Source: Rhodospirillales bacterium
GTDB taxonomy: Bacteria; Pseudomonadota; Alphaproteobacteria; JAJFIK01
Direction of reading: 5' to 3'
Assembly: GCA_021775005.1 (NCBI GenBank)
Contig: JAJFIK010000009.1
Location: forward strand, 6,616-70,615
DNA: 64,000 bases
Under the pieces are notes generated by a model. It had not been told where the DNA came from, did not search any database, and worked only from the letters and a program-made list of their open reading frames with translations. This document shows positions 10,651 to 21,251 of the stretch, one piece after another. Each line of letters begins with the position of its first letter. The stretch's first letter is position 1. A program made the position numbers and the translations under genes.

Positions 10651-11334
10651 ATTTCAACTCATATGAAACAGATTTGGCGATTTATGGAGAAGCGGTGGCT
10701 GGTGTTTTTGATCAGCGTCGTTGCCGGCGTTCTGATCGGCGCGGGTGCTGCGGACTTACCCACACTAGGCCGGGGGCAGTTTTTTGCTACATATGGCGAC
10801 TTTCTTGGCTCCGTTGTCGGCGGCCTGATCGCAGTTCTTGTTGCTTGGTGGATTGTTTCGCATGAGCGCCAGGAGATGCGGAAAGACAGAGCAAATTCAG
10901 CCGGTGATGCCGCTGCCATTCTTGCTGCGGAGATCGAGGAAGAGAAGCGGTTTATCAACAGGCGATGGGATAGCATCAAAGGCCTAATTTCTGAGTATTC
11001 GAACTACAAGACCCTTGAGGACGTGCTGCTCTCAGATCGGGAGTTCATTGCCGAACTCTTGCTTCACAGCCCCCTTAAAAATGTCGAGGTTCGCGAAGTT
11101 GCAATTGCAAATCGATGGGAAAGGAACGTTCTAAGCCGACACTTTTTTGCATTGCAGGTGTTCACTCTAATTGAACTCTATGCAGAGGTTCTTGTTGATC
11201 GACAAAGAATTCTGCTGCGGCGTATGCCGCGTGAGGATGAGCTCAAACGTATCAACGGGCACATCAAGACCTATTATGGTTTGCTAGAACTAATCGAGTT
11301 GGACCTGCAGAACCTGGCCAAGGTTGGGACCTAA
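10651..11334 (+). CDS. Hypothetical membrane-anchored protein (two N-terminal TM helices), low GC
   Basis: ORF 10429..11334. Start likely MISTHMKQIW..., because upstream codons overlap the palindrome cluster. AT-rich composition relative to neighbours. Confidence 0.45.
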   Translation: MSTHMKQIWRFMEKRWLVFLISVVAGVLIGAGAADLPTLGRGQFFATYGDFLGSVVGGLIAVLVAWWIVSHERQEMRKDRANSAGDAAAILAAEIEEEKRFINRRWDSIKGLISEYSNYKTLEDVLLSDREFIAELLLHSPLKNVEVREVAIANRWERNVLSRHFFALQVFTLIELYAEVLVDRQRILLRRMPREDELKRINGHIKTYYGLLELIELDLQNLAKVGT

Positions 11335-11344
11335 ATCTCCCAGC

Positions 11345-11427
11345 TTACCACGCTAACCGCTTTGCAATGTCATCAAGCTGTTCCAGCGTTGAGTAGCTGA
11401 GCGTAACCTTGCCCGCCACGCACCCCC
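11345..11427 (-). pseudogene. Fossil 3' end of a second, divergent parB allele (encodes ...VAGKVTLSYSTLEQLDDIAKRLAW*)
   Basis: Reverse-complement translation matches the last 22 codons of resident ParB (GKVTLSYSTLEQLDDIAKRLA). It carries 8 synonymous codon substitutions and one terminal change, and is cut upstream by a TGA at the MITE boundary. Confidence 0.65.
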
Positions 11428-11429
11428 CT

Positions 11430-11532
11430 CGTCATCCCGGAAATCGCGCCAGCGATTGTCCGGGATCTTGCACCACGTGAGGGGCTCTGAGATTCCGGGC
11501 TCCTCGCGTCCCGCGACGCCCCGGAATGACGG
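11430..11532. mobile_element. MITE-like element copy A (TIR cgtcatcccgg ... ccggaatgacgg, two internal hairpins)
   Basis: Near-identical architecture to copies at 35717..35813 and 42375..42468. Confidence 0.6.
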
Positions 11533-11558
11533 CGTGGGGCAGAGTGAGCAAGGATCAC

Positions 11559-12428
11559 CTATCGCGCCAACCGCTTTGCGATGTCATCAAGTTGTTCCAG
11601 CGTGCTGTAGGACAACGTGACTTTGCCCGCCTCGCCCTTGTGGCTGATCTCAACTTTGAGGCCCAAAGCATCCATCAGGCGTTTTTCCAGCGCCCGCGTG
11701 TCGGCGTCTTTCGGTGCTGGCGTTTTACCCTTGCTCTTTGACTTAGCGCCAACATCGCCCCCGTCTTTCGCCAGCGCTTCGGCCTGACGCACAGAGAGCC
11801 CCTCGGCGATAACCTGTTTGGCAAGTTGCGCCACCTCCGGCGACATCATGATGGCGCGGGCGTGGCCGGCGGAAAGCCGTCCGTCCGCCAGCATCACCTG
11901 CACCGCTTCGGGCAACCCCAAGAGCCGAAGCGTATTGGCAATATGCGGCCGCGACTTGCCGATGTATTTCGCCAGCGCGTCTTGAGTGTAGGAAAACTCA
12001 TCCATCAGCTGGCGATAGCCCAAGGCTTCCTCGATGGCATTAAGATCAGTACGCTGAACATTTTCCACAATGGCGATTTCAAGCGCCTGGGAATCATCAA
12101 GCTCTTTCACCCGTACCGGCACGTTGTGCAGTTGCGCGCGCTGGGCGGCGCGCCAACGGCGCTCCCCGGCAATAATCTGATAACGCCCGGCAACACCGGG
12201 CTTTGGCCGCACGATGATGGGTTGGATCACGCCGCGTTCCTTCACGCTGGCGGTGAGGTCTTTCAAATCATCTTCAGAAAAAATGCGCCGGGGTTGATAG
12301 GGGTTGGGTTCCAAAAACTCCACCGGCATTTCGGTGACCTCAATCGGGCCCGCTGCAGCATCTTTCCGCGCGGGGGCGTCTTCTTCACCCATCAGGGCTG
12401 AGAGCCCGCGACCTAATCCTCTTGCCAT
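11559..12428 (-). CDS. parB: Chromosome partitioning protein ParB
   Basis: 289 aa with the GERRWRAA ParB box and HTH, adjacent to parA. Confidence 0.95.
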   Translation of the reverse strand: MARGLGRGLSALMGEEDAPARKDAAAGPIEVTEMPVEFLEPNPYQPRRIFSEDDLKDLTASVKERGVIQPIIVRPKPGVAGRYQIIAGERRWRAAQRAQLHNVPVRVKELDDSQALEIAIVENVQRTDLNAIEEALGYRQLMDEFSYTQDALAKYIGKSRPHIANTLRLLGLPEAVQVMLADGRLSAGHARAIMMSPEVAQLAKQVIAEGLSVRQAEALAKDGGDVGAKSKSKGKTPAPKDADTRALEKRLMDALGLKVEISHKGEAGKVTLSYSTLEQLDDIAKRLAR

Positions 12429-12475
12429 ATCACCGAAGCCATTGCTGGCTTTCCTTCTTGTTCGCTCGCGCGCAA

Positions 12476-13312
12476 TTACGCCGCGCGTAAATCTTTTTCC
12501 CGCTGGATGACTTCACCAGCGAGGCGGATATAGGCCTGACTGCCCGCGCATCTGAGATCATAAACCAGCGCCGGCATGCCGTGGCTGGGCGCCTCAGACA
12601 CCCGCACATTGCGCGGGATGACGGTCTTGTAGACCTTGTCGCCCATAAATTCGCGCACGTCCTTGGCCACTTGGTCAGAGAGATTGTTGCGCCGATCAAA
12701 CATGGTCAGCACGATGCCTTGTATCTCAAGCTCTGGATTGAGGGAGCCCTGCACCAGTTCTACGGTGCGAAGAAGTTGGCTCAAACCTTCCAACGCGAAA
12801 AACTCACATTGCAGCGGCACCATCACCGCGTTCGCTGCCGTCATGGCATTGATGGTGAGCAAGTTGAGCGATGGCGGGCAGTCGATCAGCACATAGGTAA
12901 ACGCCGCCGCGCTGCCCTGCGCGAATTGCTCAAACATGTCTCGGAGCCGAAATGACCGGCGTGGCGCACTGATGAGTTCCAACTCGGCTCCGGAAAGATC
13001 CACTGTGGAAGGCACAATGGAAAGGTTCGGGATCCTGGTCGGTTTCACCGCATCGGCAATGGGGGTCTCGTCCACCAGCACTTCATAGGTGGAAATCTCC
13101 CGCTCATTGCGCGGAATGCCCAGACCCGTGGAGGCGTTGCCTTGAGGGTCCATATCGATGATCAGCACCTTCTCGCCCACCGCCGCCAGCGCCGTGCCAA
13201 GGTTGATCGCCGTCGTGGTTTTACCCACCCCGCCCTTTTGATTGGCAATGGCCAGAATACGGGGCGATTTGCCCCGGCCCGGCTTTGCTTGCTCGCTTAT
13301 GTCGTCGGTCAT
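12476..13312 (-). CDS. parA: Chromosome partitioning ATPase ParA
   Basis: KGGVGKTT deviant Walker A motif, 278 aa. Confidence 0.95.
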   Translation of the reverse strand: MTDDISEQAKPGRGKSPRILAIANQKGGVGKTTTAINLGTALAAVGEKVLIIDMDPQGNASTGLGIPRNEREISTYEVLVDETPIADAVKPTRIPNLSIVPSTVDLSGAELELISAPRRSFRLRDMFEQFAQGSAAAFTYVLIDCPPSLNLLTINAMTAANAVMVPLQCEFFALEGLSQLLRTVELVQGSLNPELEIQGIVLTMFDRRNNLSDQVAKDVREFMGDKVYKTVIPRNVRVSEAPSHGMPALVYDLRCAGSQAYIRLAGEVIQREKDLRAA

Positions 13313-13337
13313 ACTTTGTCAATCAAAAGGCCCGCGA

Positions 13338-13973
13338 CTAAGCCGGGCGAAAGCCGGAAAGCTTGAGAATCTGCGCCTCTCCGGCGGTATGGCTGGGGAG
13401 GGCTTGGGCCTCAAATCTCCCCCAGGCGCGGGCGTTAGTCAATTCATCATCCGCGCTTCTGCCCTTTAGGAATAGGGCGATTCCCCCCTTACCTACAAAT
13501 GGCACCGCCAGGGGCAAAAGCTCAATGAGCGGGGCGAGGGCACGGGCTGTCACTACATCAGAGGCCCAGGGCTCAAGCACTTCCGCGCGGGCATTGTGCA
13601 CTTCAGCAGGGGCCCCGGTGGCGCGGATGGCCTCGCGCAGAAACACCGCTTTGCGGCTGTCACTCTCAATCAGATGGACTTTTAGCCCTGGACGATCGCG
13701 CCCCGAAATGGCCAGAGTGAGCCCTGGAAATCCGGCCCCACTGCCAAGGTCTGTGATCGTAGTGGCGTTCTCCGGGATCAGCGGCCAGAGCTGTGCTGAG
13801 TCCACCACATGGCGGGTCCAAACGTCTTTCAGGCTCGCTTTCGAGACCAAGTTGATTTTGGGCTGCCATTTTTCCAAAAGCGCCACATGGGCGCTGAGGG
13901 CGTCCAATGTTTCACGTGAAACAATTCCAAAAGATTTGAGCGCCTCGAGCGCTTCAGGCGGAACGGCGGACAT
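13338..13973 (-). CDS. rsmG: 16S rRNA (guanine527-N7)-methyltransferase
   Basis: GidB family, [13 protein letters not shown]-binding motif. Classic gidA-gidB-parAB order. Confidence 0.9.
   Translation of the reverse strand: MSAVPPEALEALKSFGIVSRETLDALSAHVALLEKWQPKINLVSKASLKDVWTRHVVDSAQLWPLIPENATTITDLGSGAGFPGLTLAISGRDRPGLKVHLIESDSRKAVFLREAIRATGAPAEVHNARAEVLEPWASDVVTARALAPLIELLPLAVPFVGKGGIALFLKGRSADDELTNARAWGRFEAQALPSHTAGEAQILKLSGFRPA
13908..13923. promoter_or_regulatory. parS: parS centromere site (TGTTTCACGTGAAACA)
   Basis: Perfect 16-bp palindrome matching the canonical ParB-binding parS, inside the 5' part of rsmG. Confidence 0.85.
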
Positions 13974-15825
13974 TGCCTTTTTTCACCAAATTGAGCAGCA
14001 AAGTAAGCGCAGCCGGGGTCACCCCCTCCACGCGCGCTGCCTGGCCAAGGGTCGCCGGGCGTGCCGCGGTAAGCTTGGCACGCATTTCATTGGAGAGCCC
14101 TTTGATGGCGCCATAGTCCAGATCATCAGGCAAGCCAAGGGATTCGTCTTTGCGGAATGCTAGGATGTCTGCCTCTTGCCTATCGAGATAGCCAGCATAG
14201 GCGGCGTCGATTTCCACTTGCTCCTGCACGTCCGGGGCAAAATCCAGCAGCTCCGGCCAAACCTTTGCCAGATCAGCAAAGCCGATGGATGGATAGGCCA
14301 AGAGATCCGCCACAGTGCGACGCTGGCCATCGAGATTGACCGCCAAGCCGTGGCTACGGGCCTCGTTTGGCGTAAGATTGGCCGCTGTCACAAAGGCTCG
14401 CGCATGCGCCAATCGCTGGGCCTTTGCTTCAAAGGCCTTGCCGCGCACGGGGCCGACGCAGCCCAGATTGAGGCCCAAAGGGGTCAGGCGCTGGTCCGCA
14501 TTATCGGCCCGCAGGATGAGGCGATACTCCGCCCGGCTGGTGAACATGCGATAGGGCTCTGAAACCCCGCGGGTCACCAGATCATCGATCAGAACGCCGA
14601 TATAGGCATCGGCGCGGTCGAGCACAAATGGCTCCTCCCCGCCAAGGGCCAATGCAGCGTTGAGCCCGGCCATGAGCCCCTGGGCGGCGGCTTCCTCATA
14701 CCCGGTTGTGCCATTGATCTGCCCGGCGAGATAAAGCCCAGGCAAACGGCGGGTTTCCAGCGTGGCGCGCAGCTCGCGCGGGTCCACATAGTCATATTCA
14801 ATGGCATAGCCCGGGCGGCGGATCACAGCTTCTTCCAACCCCGGAATGGTCGCCACAAAGGCGCGCTGCACGTCTTCTGGCAATGACGTGGAAATGCCAT
14901 TGGGATAGATCGTGTCATCGTCCAGGCCTTCGGGCTCCAGGAAAATCTGATGGCTGTCGCGCCCTGAAAAGCGCACGACTTTGTCCTCAATGGAGGGGCA
15001 ATAGCGCGGGCCCACGCCGTCGATCTGGCCTGAATAGACCGGGGCTTTATCCAGATTATCGGCAATGATCTTATGGGTCGCAGCCGTGGTGTGGGTAATG
15101 TGGCAAGGCACCTGGGGCACGGTGATTTCAGGGGTCAGGAATGAGAACGGCACCGGGGGCGTATCACCAGGCTGAACCTCAAGCTGGGCCCAGTTGATGG
15201 TGCTGCCATCAAGGCGCGCCGGGGTGCCGGTTTTGAGCCGCCCCATATCAAACCCAAGGCCGTAAAGCCGCTTTGAAAGGCCTATAGCCGGGGCCTCTCC
15301 TATCCTGCCGGCAGGAATGCGCTCGGTGCCAATATGAATAAGCCCATTGAGGAAAGTGCCGGTGGTGAGCACCACAGCGCCAGCGCGGATTTCCTGCCCC
15401 GCAGCTGTTACCACCCCCACAACGCGGGAGTCCTCGATCAGAAGGTCCTCCGCCGCCGCCGCCACAATAGTCAGATTTGGCGTCCCCGCCATTTCCCCCT
15501 GCATGGCTTCGCGATAGAGCTTGCGGTCCGATTGGCAGCGGGGGCCGCGCACGGCAGGGCCTTTGCGCCGGTTGAGCATGCGGAATTGAATGCCGCTGGC
15601 GTCCGCCACCCGGCCCATGACGCCATCGAGAGCATCAATTTCCCGCACCAGGTGGCCCTTGCCCAGGCCCCCGCTGGCAGGATTGCAGGACATTTCGCCG
15701 ATGGTTTCTGGTTTGTGGGTGAGCAGCGCCGTTTTTGCCCCCAGGCGCGCCGCTGCTGCCGCAGCCTCGCAGCCGGCGTGGCCGCCGCCAATTACAATAA
15801 CATCAAAGGGGATGGGCTCGGTCAT
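13954..15825 (-). CDS. mnmG: tRNA uridine-5-carboxymethylaminomethyl modification enzyme
   Basis: 623 aa with FAD-binding [11 protein letters not shown]-terminus. Confidence 0.97.
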   Translation of the reverse strand: MTEPIPFDVIVIGGGHAGCEAAAAAARLGAKTALLTHKPETIGEMSCNPASGGLGKGHLVREIDALDGVMGRVADASGIQFRMLNRRKGPAVRGPRCQSDRKLYREAMQGEMAGTPNLTIVAAAAEDLLIEDSRVVGVVTAAGQEIRAGAVVLTTGTFLNGLIHIGTERIPAGRIGEAPAIGLSKRLYGLGFDMGRLKTGTPARLDGSTINWAQLEVQPGDTPPVPFSFLTPEITVPQVPCHITHTTAATHKIIADNLDKAPVYSGQIDGVGPRYCPSIEDKVVRFSGRDSHQIFLEPEGLDDDTIYPNGISTSLPEDVQRAFVATIPGLEEAVIRRPGYAIEYDYVDPRELRATLETRRLPGLYLAGQINGTTGYEEAAAQGLMAGLNAALALGGEEPFVLDRADAYIGVLIDDLVTRGVSEPYRMFTSRAEYRLILRADNADQRLTPLGLNLGCVGPVRGKAFEAKAQRLAHARAFVTAANLTPNEARSHGLAVNLDGQRRTVADLLAYPSIGFADLAKVWPELLDFAPDVQEQVEIDAAYAGYLDRQEADILAFRKDESLGLPDDLDYGAIKGLSNEMRAKLTAARPATLGQAARVEGVTPAALTLLLNLVKKGNVRRSA

Positions 15826-15863
15826 GCCGGGCTATGTAGCGCGGGGGGCCGCCAACGCCAAGA

Positions 15864-15879
15864 TGTTTCACGTGAAACA
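15864..15879. promoter_or_regulatory. parS: parS centromere site (TGTTTCACGTGAAACA)
   Basis: Second perfect 16-bp parS palindrome, 39 bp upstream of the mnmG start. Confidence 0.85.
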
Positions 15880-15886
15880 CTGGCTA

Positions 15887-16555
15887 CTATGGCTGCGGTT
15901 TGGTACCTATCACTTGAGGCACATCTGAAAGCTCCCGACAGTACCATTCGGTATCCGCGCATATCCACCCTATTAATCCCAACAGCCTGTCATGTTCTCG
16001 GGTCGGTGATTTATCAATAATACAATAGTGGTGCGCGATCTTGTTGCGGAACAGTCGAAATCCTTCTGCTCGTTTCATTATCGTATCCAGAGTGGTACGC
16101 GCCGGAACATATGGGAAAGATCGACTGGTCCCGACCGCCCACAGGTGTGAGCTATATCTTGCGGTCAACATACTACACCAAAAATTGAGTGGAAGTGCGG
16201 CTAAGACCTGATCTGTCGTTGGTGTGCTTCTTCGCGCCTTTTGCTCCCTCTCTATTATTTGCTCTAGCTTTATCCGATGGTGCTCCACCAGAATTCCGTG
16301 AAAGCCCGTCTCCCAAGGCCATCTATCGCCAAATCTACGATAGATTGGCTTTGCAATGGTGTTTCGCAGGGATACTTCTCCAATATGTATTGGAAGGTTA
16401 AATGCTTGAGATAACTGAATGTTCCAAGCGTACAAGCGGATGGCGTATTGATCATCACCTTTTGCTAGGCCCAGATATCTTGAGAATCGCCCACTCGACA
16501 TTGTTGACCTAATTGTCGCCAATGTGCTGGGCGTTAGAGAGAATTCGTATTGCAT
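15887..16555 (-). CDS. Abi_2-family (AbiD/AbiF-like) abortive-infection protein, low GC
   Basis: N-terminal ...YAIRLYAW... and C-terminal ...RLFRNKIAHHYCII... match Abi_2 hallmark blocks. AT-rich codon usage. Inserted between mnmG and mnmE. Confidence 0.6.
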   Translation of the reverse strand: MQYEFSLTPSTLATIRSTMSSGRFSRYLGLAKGDDQYAIRLYAWNIQLSQAFNLPIHIGEVSLRNTIAKPIYRRFGDRWPWETGFHGILVEHHRIKLEQIIEREQKARRSTPTTDQVLAALPLNFWCSMLTARYSSHLWAVGTSRSFPYVPARTTLDTIMKRAEGFRLFRNKIAHHYCIIDKSPTREHDRLLGLIGWICADTEWYCRELSDVPQVIGTKPQP

Positions 16556-16696
16556 ATTTTACTTTTTCAGACTATATCTAGCTCACGAGCTGCAGAAGGA
16601 TCACTGGAAACATATCCCTGCAGACAAAGATCGAGGCCGGGCCGAAAGGTGCCGGTCTCAACCTTATGTAGTCCTTGATAGCGCCTACATCTACCA

Positions 16697-18007
16697 CTAT
16701 TTCCCAATGCAGAACTCAGCGAAAACCACATCCAGCAGGTCTTCCACGTCCACCTTGCCCATAAGGCGCTCCAAAGCGCGGGCGGCCAGGCGCAGATCTT
16801 CCCCGCATAACTCAGCTTCCTGGGCCATTTCAGCCCGTGTCAGCGCCCCGATGGCGTCTTCCAGGGCGCGGATATGGCGCGCGCGGGTGAGGGTCGGGGC
16901 CTCGGTAATGCCAGCGCGGGCCACCACTTCGTCCCGCAGACGGGCCTCCAGAGTGTCCAGCCCTTCACCGGTTTTGACGCTGACGCGGAGGAAATCAGGG
17001 GTATCGGTGCTCAGATCCGCCTTGCTGATGAGCACTATATCGCCCTCGCGCACCTGGGCTTTGGCTTGGGGGTCTGGCGGCAAGGTGGCATCAAACAGCA
17101 CCAATCTTAGGTCCGCCCGCTGGGCCCGCGCCAGGGCGCGTTTGATCCCCTCACTCTCAATCTCATCGGAAGCATCCCGTAGCCCGGCGGTGTCGGCGAG
17201 GGTCACCGGGTAGCCGCCAAGGTCCATTTGCACCTCAACCACGTCCCTGGTGGTGCCTGCCGTGGCCGAGACAATGGCCGCCTCTCTGCCCGCTAAGGCA
17301 TTGAGTATGCTTGACTTTCCCGCGTTCGGCGCACCCAGGATGGCAACCTCCAGCCCCTCGCGCAGGCGCACGCCCTTTTGCCCGCACACAAGTTCCGCTT
17401 CCAGCTCGTTTGCCAAATCTTTGATCCCCGGCCGGGCCTTGCCCAAAAGACCGCCGGGGACGCCATCTTCATCGGGAAAGTCGATATCCGCGGCCACCAA
17501 GGCGGCCAGCTTGATGATCTGCCTGCGCCACAAGGCGACCCGCCCGGCGAGCGCGCCTTCCATCTGGCGCAGGGCCTGGCGGCGCTGGGCTTCGGTTTCA
17601 GCGTCGATAAGGTCGGCAAGGCCCTCAACGGCGGTAAGATCCATCTTGCCCGCCTCAAAGGCGCGGCGGGTAAACTCGCCAGGCTCCGCAGGGCGCAAGT
17701 CATCAAAAGTCCCAAGCGCATCCAGAACCGCCGCAATGACCGCGCGGCCGCCATGAATGTGAAGCTCCGCCACATCCTCGCCGGTAAAGCTTGCCGGGGC
17801 GGGAAACCACAAAGAAAGCGCCCGGTCCAGCGGTGCATTGGTCTTGGGATGCGCCAGCTCACAAAGGCTTGCCGCGCGCGGCTTTGGCAATGATTTGCCC
17901 GAAAGCGCAGCTAATGCCGGCCCCGCGCCTGGCCCTGAGAGGCGGATCACCGCCACCCCTGCCCGGCCCGCAGCAGAGGAAAGCGCATAGATGGTGCCCG
18001 TACTCAC
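16697..18007 (-). CDS. mnmE: tRNA modification GTPase
   Basis: 436 aa with G-domain GAPNAGKSS and C-terminal CIGK. Confidence 0.95.
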   Translation of the reverse strand: MSTGTIYALSSAAGRAGVAVIRLSGPGAGPALAALSGKSLPKPRAASLCELAHPKTNAPLDRALSLWFPAPASFTGEDVAELHIHGGRAVIAAVLDALGTFDDLRPAEPGEFTRRAFEAGKMDLTAVEGLADLIDAETEAQRRQALRQMEGALAGRVALWRRQIIKLAALVAADIDFPDEDGVPGGLLGKARPGIKDLANELEAELVCGQKGVRLREGLEVAILGAPNAGKSSILNALAGREAAIVSATAGTTRDVVEVQMDLGGYPVTLADTAGLRDASDEIESEGIKRALARAQRADLRLVLFDATLPPDPQAKAQVREGDIVLISKADLSTDTPDFLRVSVKTGEGLDTLEARLRDEVVARAGITEAPTLTRARHIRALEDAIGALTRAEMAQEAELCGEDLRLAARALERLMGKVDVEDLLDVVFAEFCIGK

Positions 18008-18270
18008 TCGTCGTCAGGCTCGCTCTTGCTTGATCCCCGGCCGGTGGCCTTGCTCATGGCACTCATGAAGACATTGCGCATTTGGTCATAGCCCGCGCCG
18101 CCGGGCATCCACGCCCGCATCAGCGTTTCGGGGTCCACCATCCCGGCAGCCGCTTCCATGCGCTCCTGCAGCTTTGCCGTCATGGCCTCATTCAAGGGCT
18201 CAAGGTCCGGCAGCCCAAAAAAGCTCCGCGCTTCCTGCGGGGTACAATCAATCTCAACTTTGATCTTCAT
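18004..18270 (-). CDS. Small conserved hypothetical protein, translationally coupled to mnmE (ATGA overlap)
   Basis: 88-aa ORF whose stop overlaps the mnmE start codon. No recognisable family. Confidence 0.45.
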   Translation of the reverse strand: MKIKVEIDCTPQEARSFFGLPDLEPLNEAMTAKLQERMEAAAGMVDPETLMRAWMPGGAGYDQMRNVFMSAMSKATGRGSSKSEPDDE

Positions 18271-18430
18271 TAGGGCATCTCCTTTGCGCCCCAGACTAAG
18301 CCAGTGCAGCGCCTGACGCCAATCAGCCTTAACTTAAGGCCCTGCTTTAACCGCCAGGGCACCCCGCCGTTGACAGGACCCCGTCCTTTGTGAGAACTCG
18401 CGCCTTCAACAATCAGGATCAAGTCATATC

Positions 18431-20470
18431 ATGCCCAATCGCCTTGCCAATGAGACCAGCCCCTACCTTTGTCAGCATGCTGATAATCCCGTCGACTGGT
18501 GGGCATGGGGGACGGATGCCTTTGCTGAGGCGAAGCGCACCGGCAAGCCTATTATCCTTTCCATTGGATATGCCGCCTGCCACTGGTGCCACATCATGGC
18601 CCATGAAAGCTTTGAAGATGAAGAAACCGCCAACCTGATGAATGCCGAATTTATCTGCATCAAAGTGGACCGGGAAGAGCGCCCTGATGTGGATCAGATT
18701 TACATGACCGCGCTGCATGTAATGCAGCAGCAGGGTGGCTGGCCCCTGACCATGTTCCTGACGCCAGACGGCGAGCCGTTCTTCGGCGGCACCTATTTTC
18801 CAATGGAAGCAGCCAATGGTTTGCCGCCGTTCCAACATATTCTGTTGAACATCGCCCAAGCTTGGAAAGAAAAGGGTGAAGACATCAAGGGTCAGGCCGG
18901 GCGCATCACTGAAGCGCTAAGGCAAATCGCGGCACATGACACCGCCGGCCAAGTTGATCAAGCCAGCCTTGATGCGGCGTTTGCCGAGATCGCAGGCAAT
19001 TTTGATACCCAGGCGGGGGGCATGAAAGGCGCGCCGAAATTTCCCCAGCTTCAGCTCTTGGATTTTGTTTGGCGTCAAGCGCTGCGTCATGGAGATCCAG
19101 CGCGGGAACTTCTTGTAACCTCCGCCCTTAAAGGCATGTCCATGGGCGGCATCTACGATCACTTGGGCGGTGGCTACAGCCGCTACTCGGTCGACCCGAT
19201 CTGGCTGCTGCCGCACTTTGAGAAGATGCTCTATGATAACGCCGGGCTTATTACCGCGCTCACGCGCGCTTGGCAGCGCACCCGCGATACTCTGTTTCGC
19301 GATACCGCAGAACAAACTGTCGCCTGGGTCTTGCGCGAAATGACCACGGAAATGGGCGGCTTTGCGTCTTCGCTTGATGCCGACAGCGAGGGCGTTGAAG
19401 GCAAGTTCTATGTTTGGACTGAAGCGGAAGTAACAGACGTCATTGGCGACAGTGACGAGGCGGTAATGTTCAAAGCAGCCTATGGCGTGGGGCCGGGCGG
19501 CAATTGGGAGGGCAAAACCATTCTCAACCGCCTCCACCCGCAACCCAATAACACCGAAGACAATCGTCAAACCCTCGCGCAAATGCGCCAGGCGCTGTTT
19601 GAAGTGCGCGAGGCGCGTGTGCATCCGGCACGGGATGACAAAGTGCTTGCTGATTGGAACGGCCTGATGATTGTCGCGCTTGCTGAGGCCAGCATGGCGT
19701 TCGACAAGCCCGCATGGCTTGAAGCCGCCGTGAGCGCCTTCACCTTTGTCACAAATACCATGAGTGATGGCGACCAACTCCGGCACGCGGCACTGGGGGG
19801 CGATGCCCGCCACCCCGCCGTTGCGGAAGATTACGCCAATATGATTGCCGCCGCGTTGACGCTTTATGAAGTCACCGGCGATGACACCTATCTCAGCCGC
19901 GCAAAAGCGTGGACGGGTGTCATGGACACATACTACATCGATGCCGATAAGGGCGGGTATTTCGCCACCCACAAAGATGCCGGTGATTTGATCGTCCGCA
20001 CACGGATGGTTTCTGATGAAGCCATGCCCAACGCCAATGGGGTGATGATCGGCAACCTCACCAAACTATGGCTGATGACCGGCAGCAATGACTACCGCAA
20101 AACCGCGCGCGCGGTGATGGACGGCTTTGCTGGCGAAGTGGAACGCAGTCCCACCAGTGTCGGCGGCTTTCTGGCGGGATGTGAATTTCATTTGCAGCCG
20201 GTGCAGGTTGCCATTATTGGCCGCCGCGAACAGGCTGGCACGGAAGCCCTCTTAAGCGCGGTCTTTGATGCCTCAATCCCCAGCCGCGTTCTTATGGTGG
20301 TGGACCCGCAAGAAAAATTGCCCAAGGGCCACCCCGCCCATGGCAAACAGCAAAAGAGCCACCAACCAACGGCCTATGTTTGCGTGGGCACCCAATGCTC
20401 CTTGCCGGTGACAGACCCCGCGGGCCTTGCCCAGGTGCTCGCCGTGGGCCCCCGTGTGGTTGCCGCATAG
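18431..20470 (+). CDS. Thioredoxin-domain protein, DUF255/YyaL family (N-acylglucosamine 2-epimerase-like C-terminal fold)
   Basis: N-terminal [17 protein letters not shown]...CHWCHxM thioredoxin-like module and a large alpha/alpha-barrel-like C-terminus, 679 aa. Confidence 0.85.
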   Translation: MPNRLANETSPYLCQHADNPVDWWAWGTDAFAEAKRTGKPIILSIGYAACHWCHIMAHESFEDEETANLMNAEFICIKVDREERPDVDQIYMTALHVMQQQGGWPLTMFLTPDGEPFFGGTYFPMEAANGLPPFQHILLNIAQAWKEKGEDIKGQAGRITEALRQIAAHDTAGQVDQASLDAAFAEIAGNFDTQAGGMKGAPKFPQLQLLDFVWRQALRHGDPARELLVTSALKGMSMGGIYDHLGGGYSRYSVDPIWLLPHFEKMLYDNAGLITALTRAWQRTRDTLFRDTAEQTVAWVLREMTTEMGGFASSLDADSEGVEGKFYVWTEAEVTDVIGDSDEAVMFKAAYGVGPGGNWEGKTILNRLHPQPNNTEDNRQTLAQMRQALFEVREARVHPARDDKVLADWNGLMIVALAEASMAFDKPAWLEAAVSAFTFVTNTMSDGDQLRHAALGGDARHPAVAEDYANMIAAALTLYEVTGDDTYLSRAKAWTGVMDTYYIDADKGGYFATHKDAGDLIVRTRMVSDEAMPNANGVMIGNLTKLWLMTGSNDYRKTARAVMDGFAGEVERSPTSVGGFLAGCEFHLQPVQVAIIGRREQAGTEALLSAVFDASIPSRVLMVVDPQEKLPKGHPAHGKQQKSHQPTAYVCVGTQCSLPVTDPAGLAQVLAVGPRVVAA

Positions 20471-20556
20471 CAGCCGCGCCCACTGGCCCCTTCACGTTTA
20501 CCTCATCCTCTGGCTAGACTGCGCGCAAATTTCAACACGCGCGGAGGCGACCCCCT

Positions 20557-21246
20557 ATGTTTGAGTTCAACACCACCATCAAAACCAAAGACGGCCAGGA
20601 CATGGGCGGCTATCTCGCGACCCCTGCGTCCGGCAGCGGCCCCGGCATTGTCGTGGCGCAGGAAATCTTCGGTGTGAATACTGTGATGCGCAATGTGGCC
20701 GACTGGCTTGCGGGCCAAGGCTTTGTGGCGCTGGTGCCCGATTTGTTTTGGCGCATTGAGCCCGGTATCGAGCTCACGGACCAAACCGAGGCCGAGTGGG
20801 CGCGGGCATTTGAGCTTTTTGGCGCCTTTGATATCGATAGCGGCATGGATGACATGCAGGCGGCCATCACCCACCTGCGCGGGCAAACCGGCAAGGTGGG
20901 CACCGTGGGATATTGCTTGGGGGGAAGTCTGGCGTATCTCTCCGCCACCCGCACAGATGCCGATGCCTCTGTGGGATACTATGGCGTGCGCATCAACGAA
21001 GCGCTGGCTGAGGCCGCGCAAATCTCAAAACCGCTTATGCTGCACATCGCCACCAAAGACGAATTCGTTCCGCCTGAAGCGCAAGCGGCAATCCACGAAA
21101 TTTTAGATGGCAATGACCACGCCACGCTGCATGACTATGTCGGCAATGATCATGCCTTCGCGCGGGTCGGCGGCGCGCACTTTGACCAAACCGCAGCCGA
21201 TCTTGCCAACTCCCGCACTATCGCATTCTTCAAGGCGAATCTTTAA
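20557..21246 (+). CDS. Dienelactone hydrolase family protein
   Basis: 229 aa with GYCLGG nucleophile elbow and His in the C-terminal half. Confidence 0.8.
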   Translation: MFEFNTTIKTKDGQDMGGYLATPASGSGPGIVVAQEIFGVNTVMRNVADWLAGQGFVALVPDLFWRIEPGIELTDQTEAEWARAFELFGAFDIDSGMDDMQAAITHLRGQTGKVGTVGYCLGGSLAYLSATRTDADASVGYYGVRINEALAEAAQISKPLMLHIATKDEFVPPEAQAAIHEILDGNDHATLHDYVGNDHAFARVGGAHFDQTAADLANSRTIAFFKANL

Positions 21247-21251
21247 AGGCC

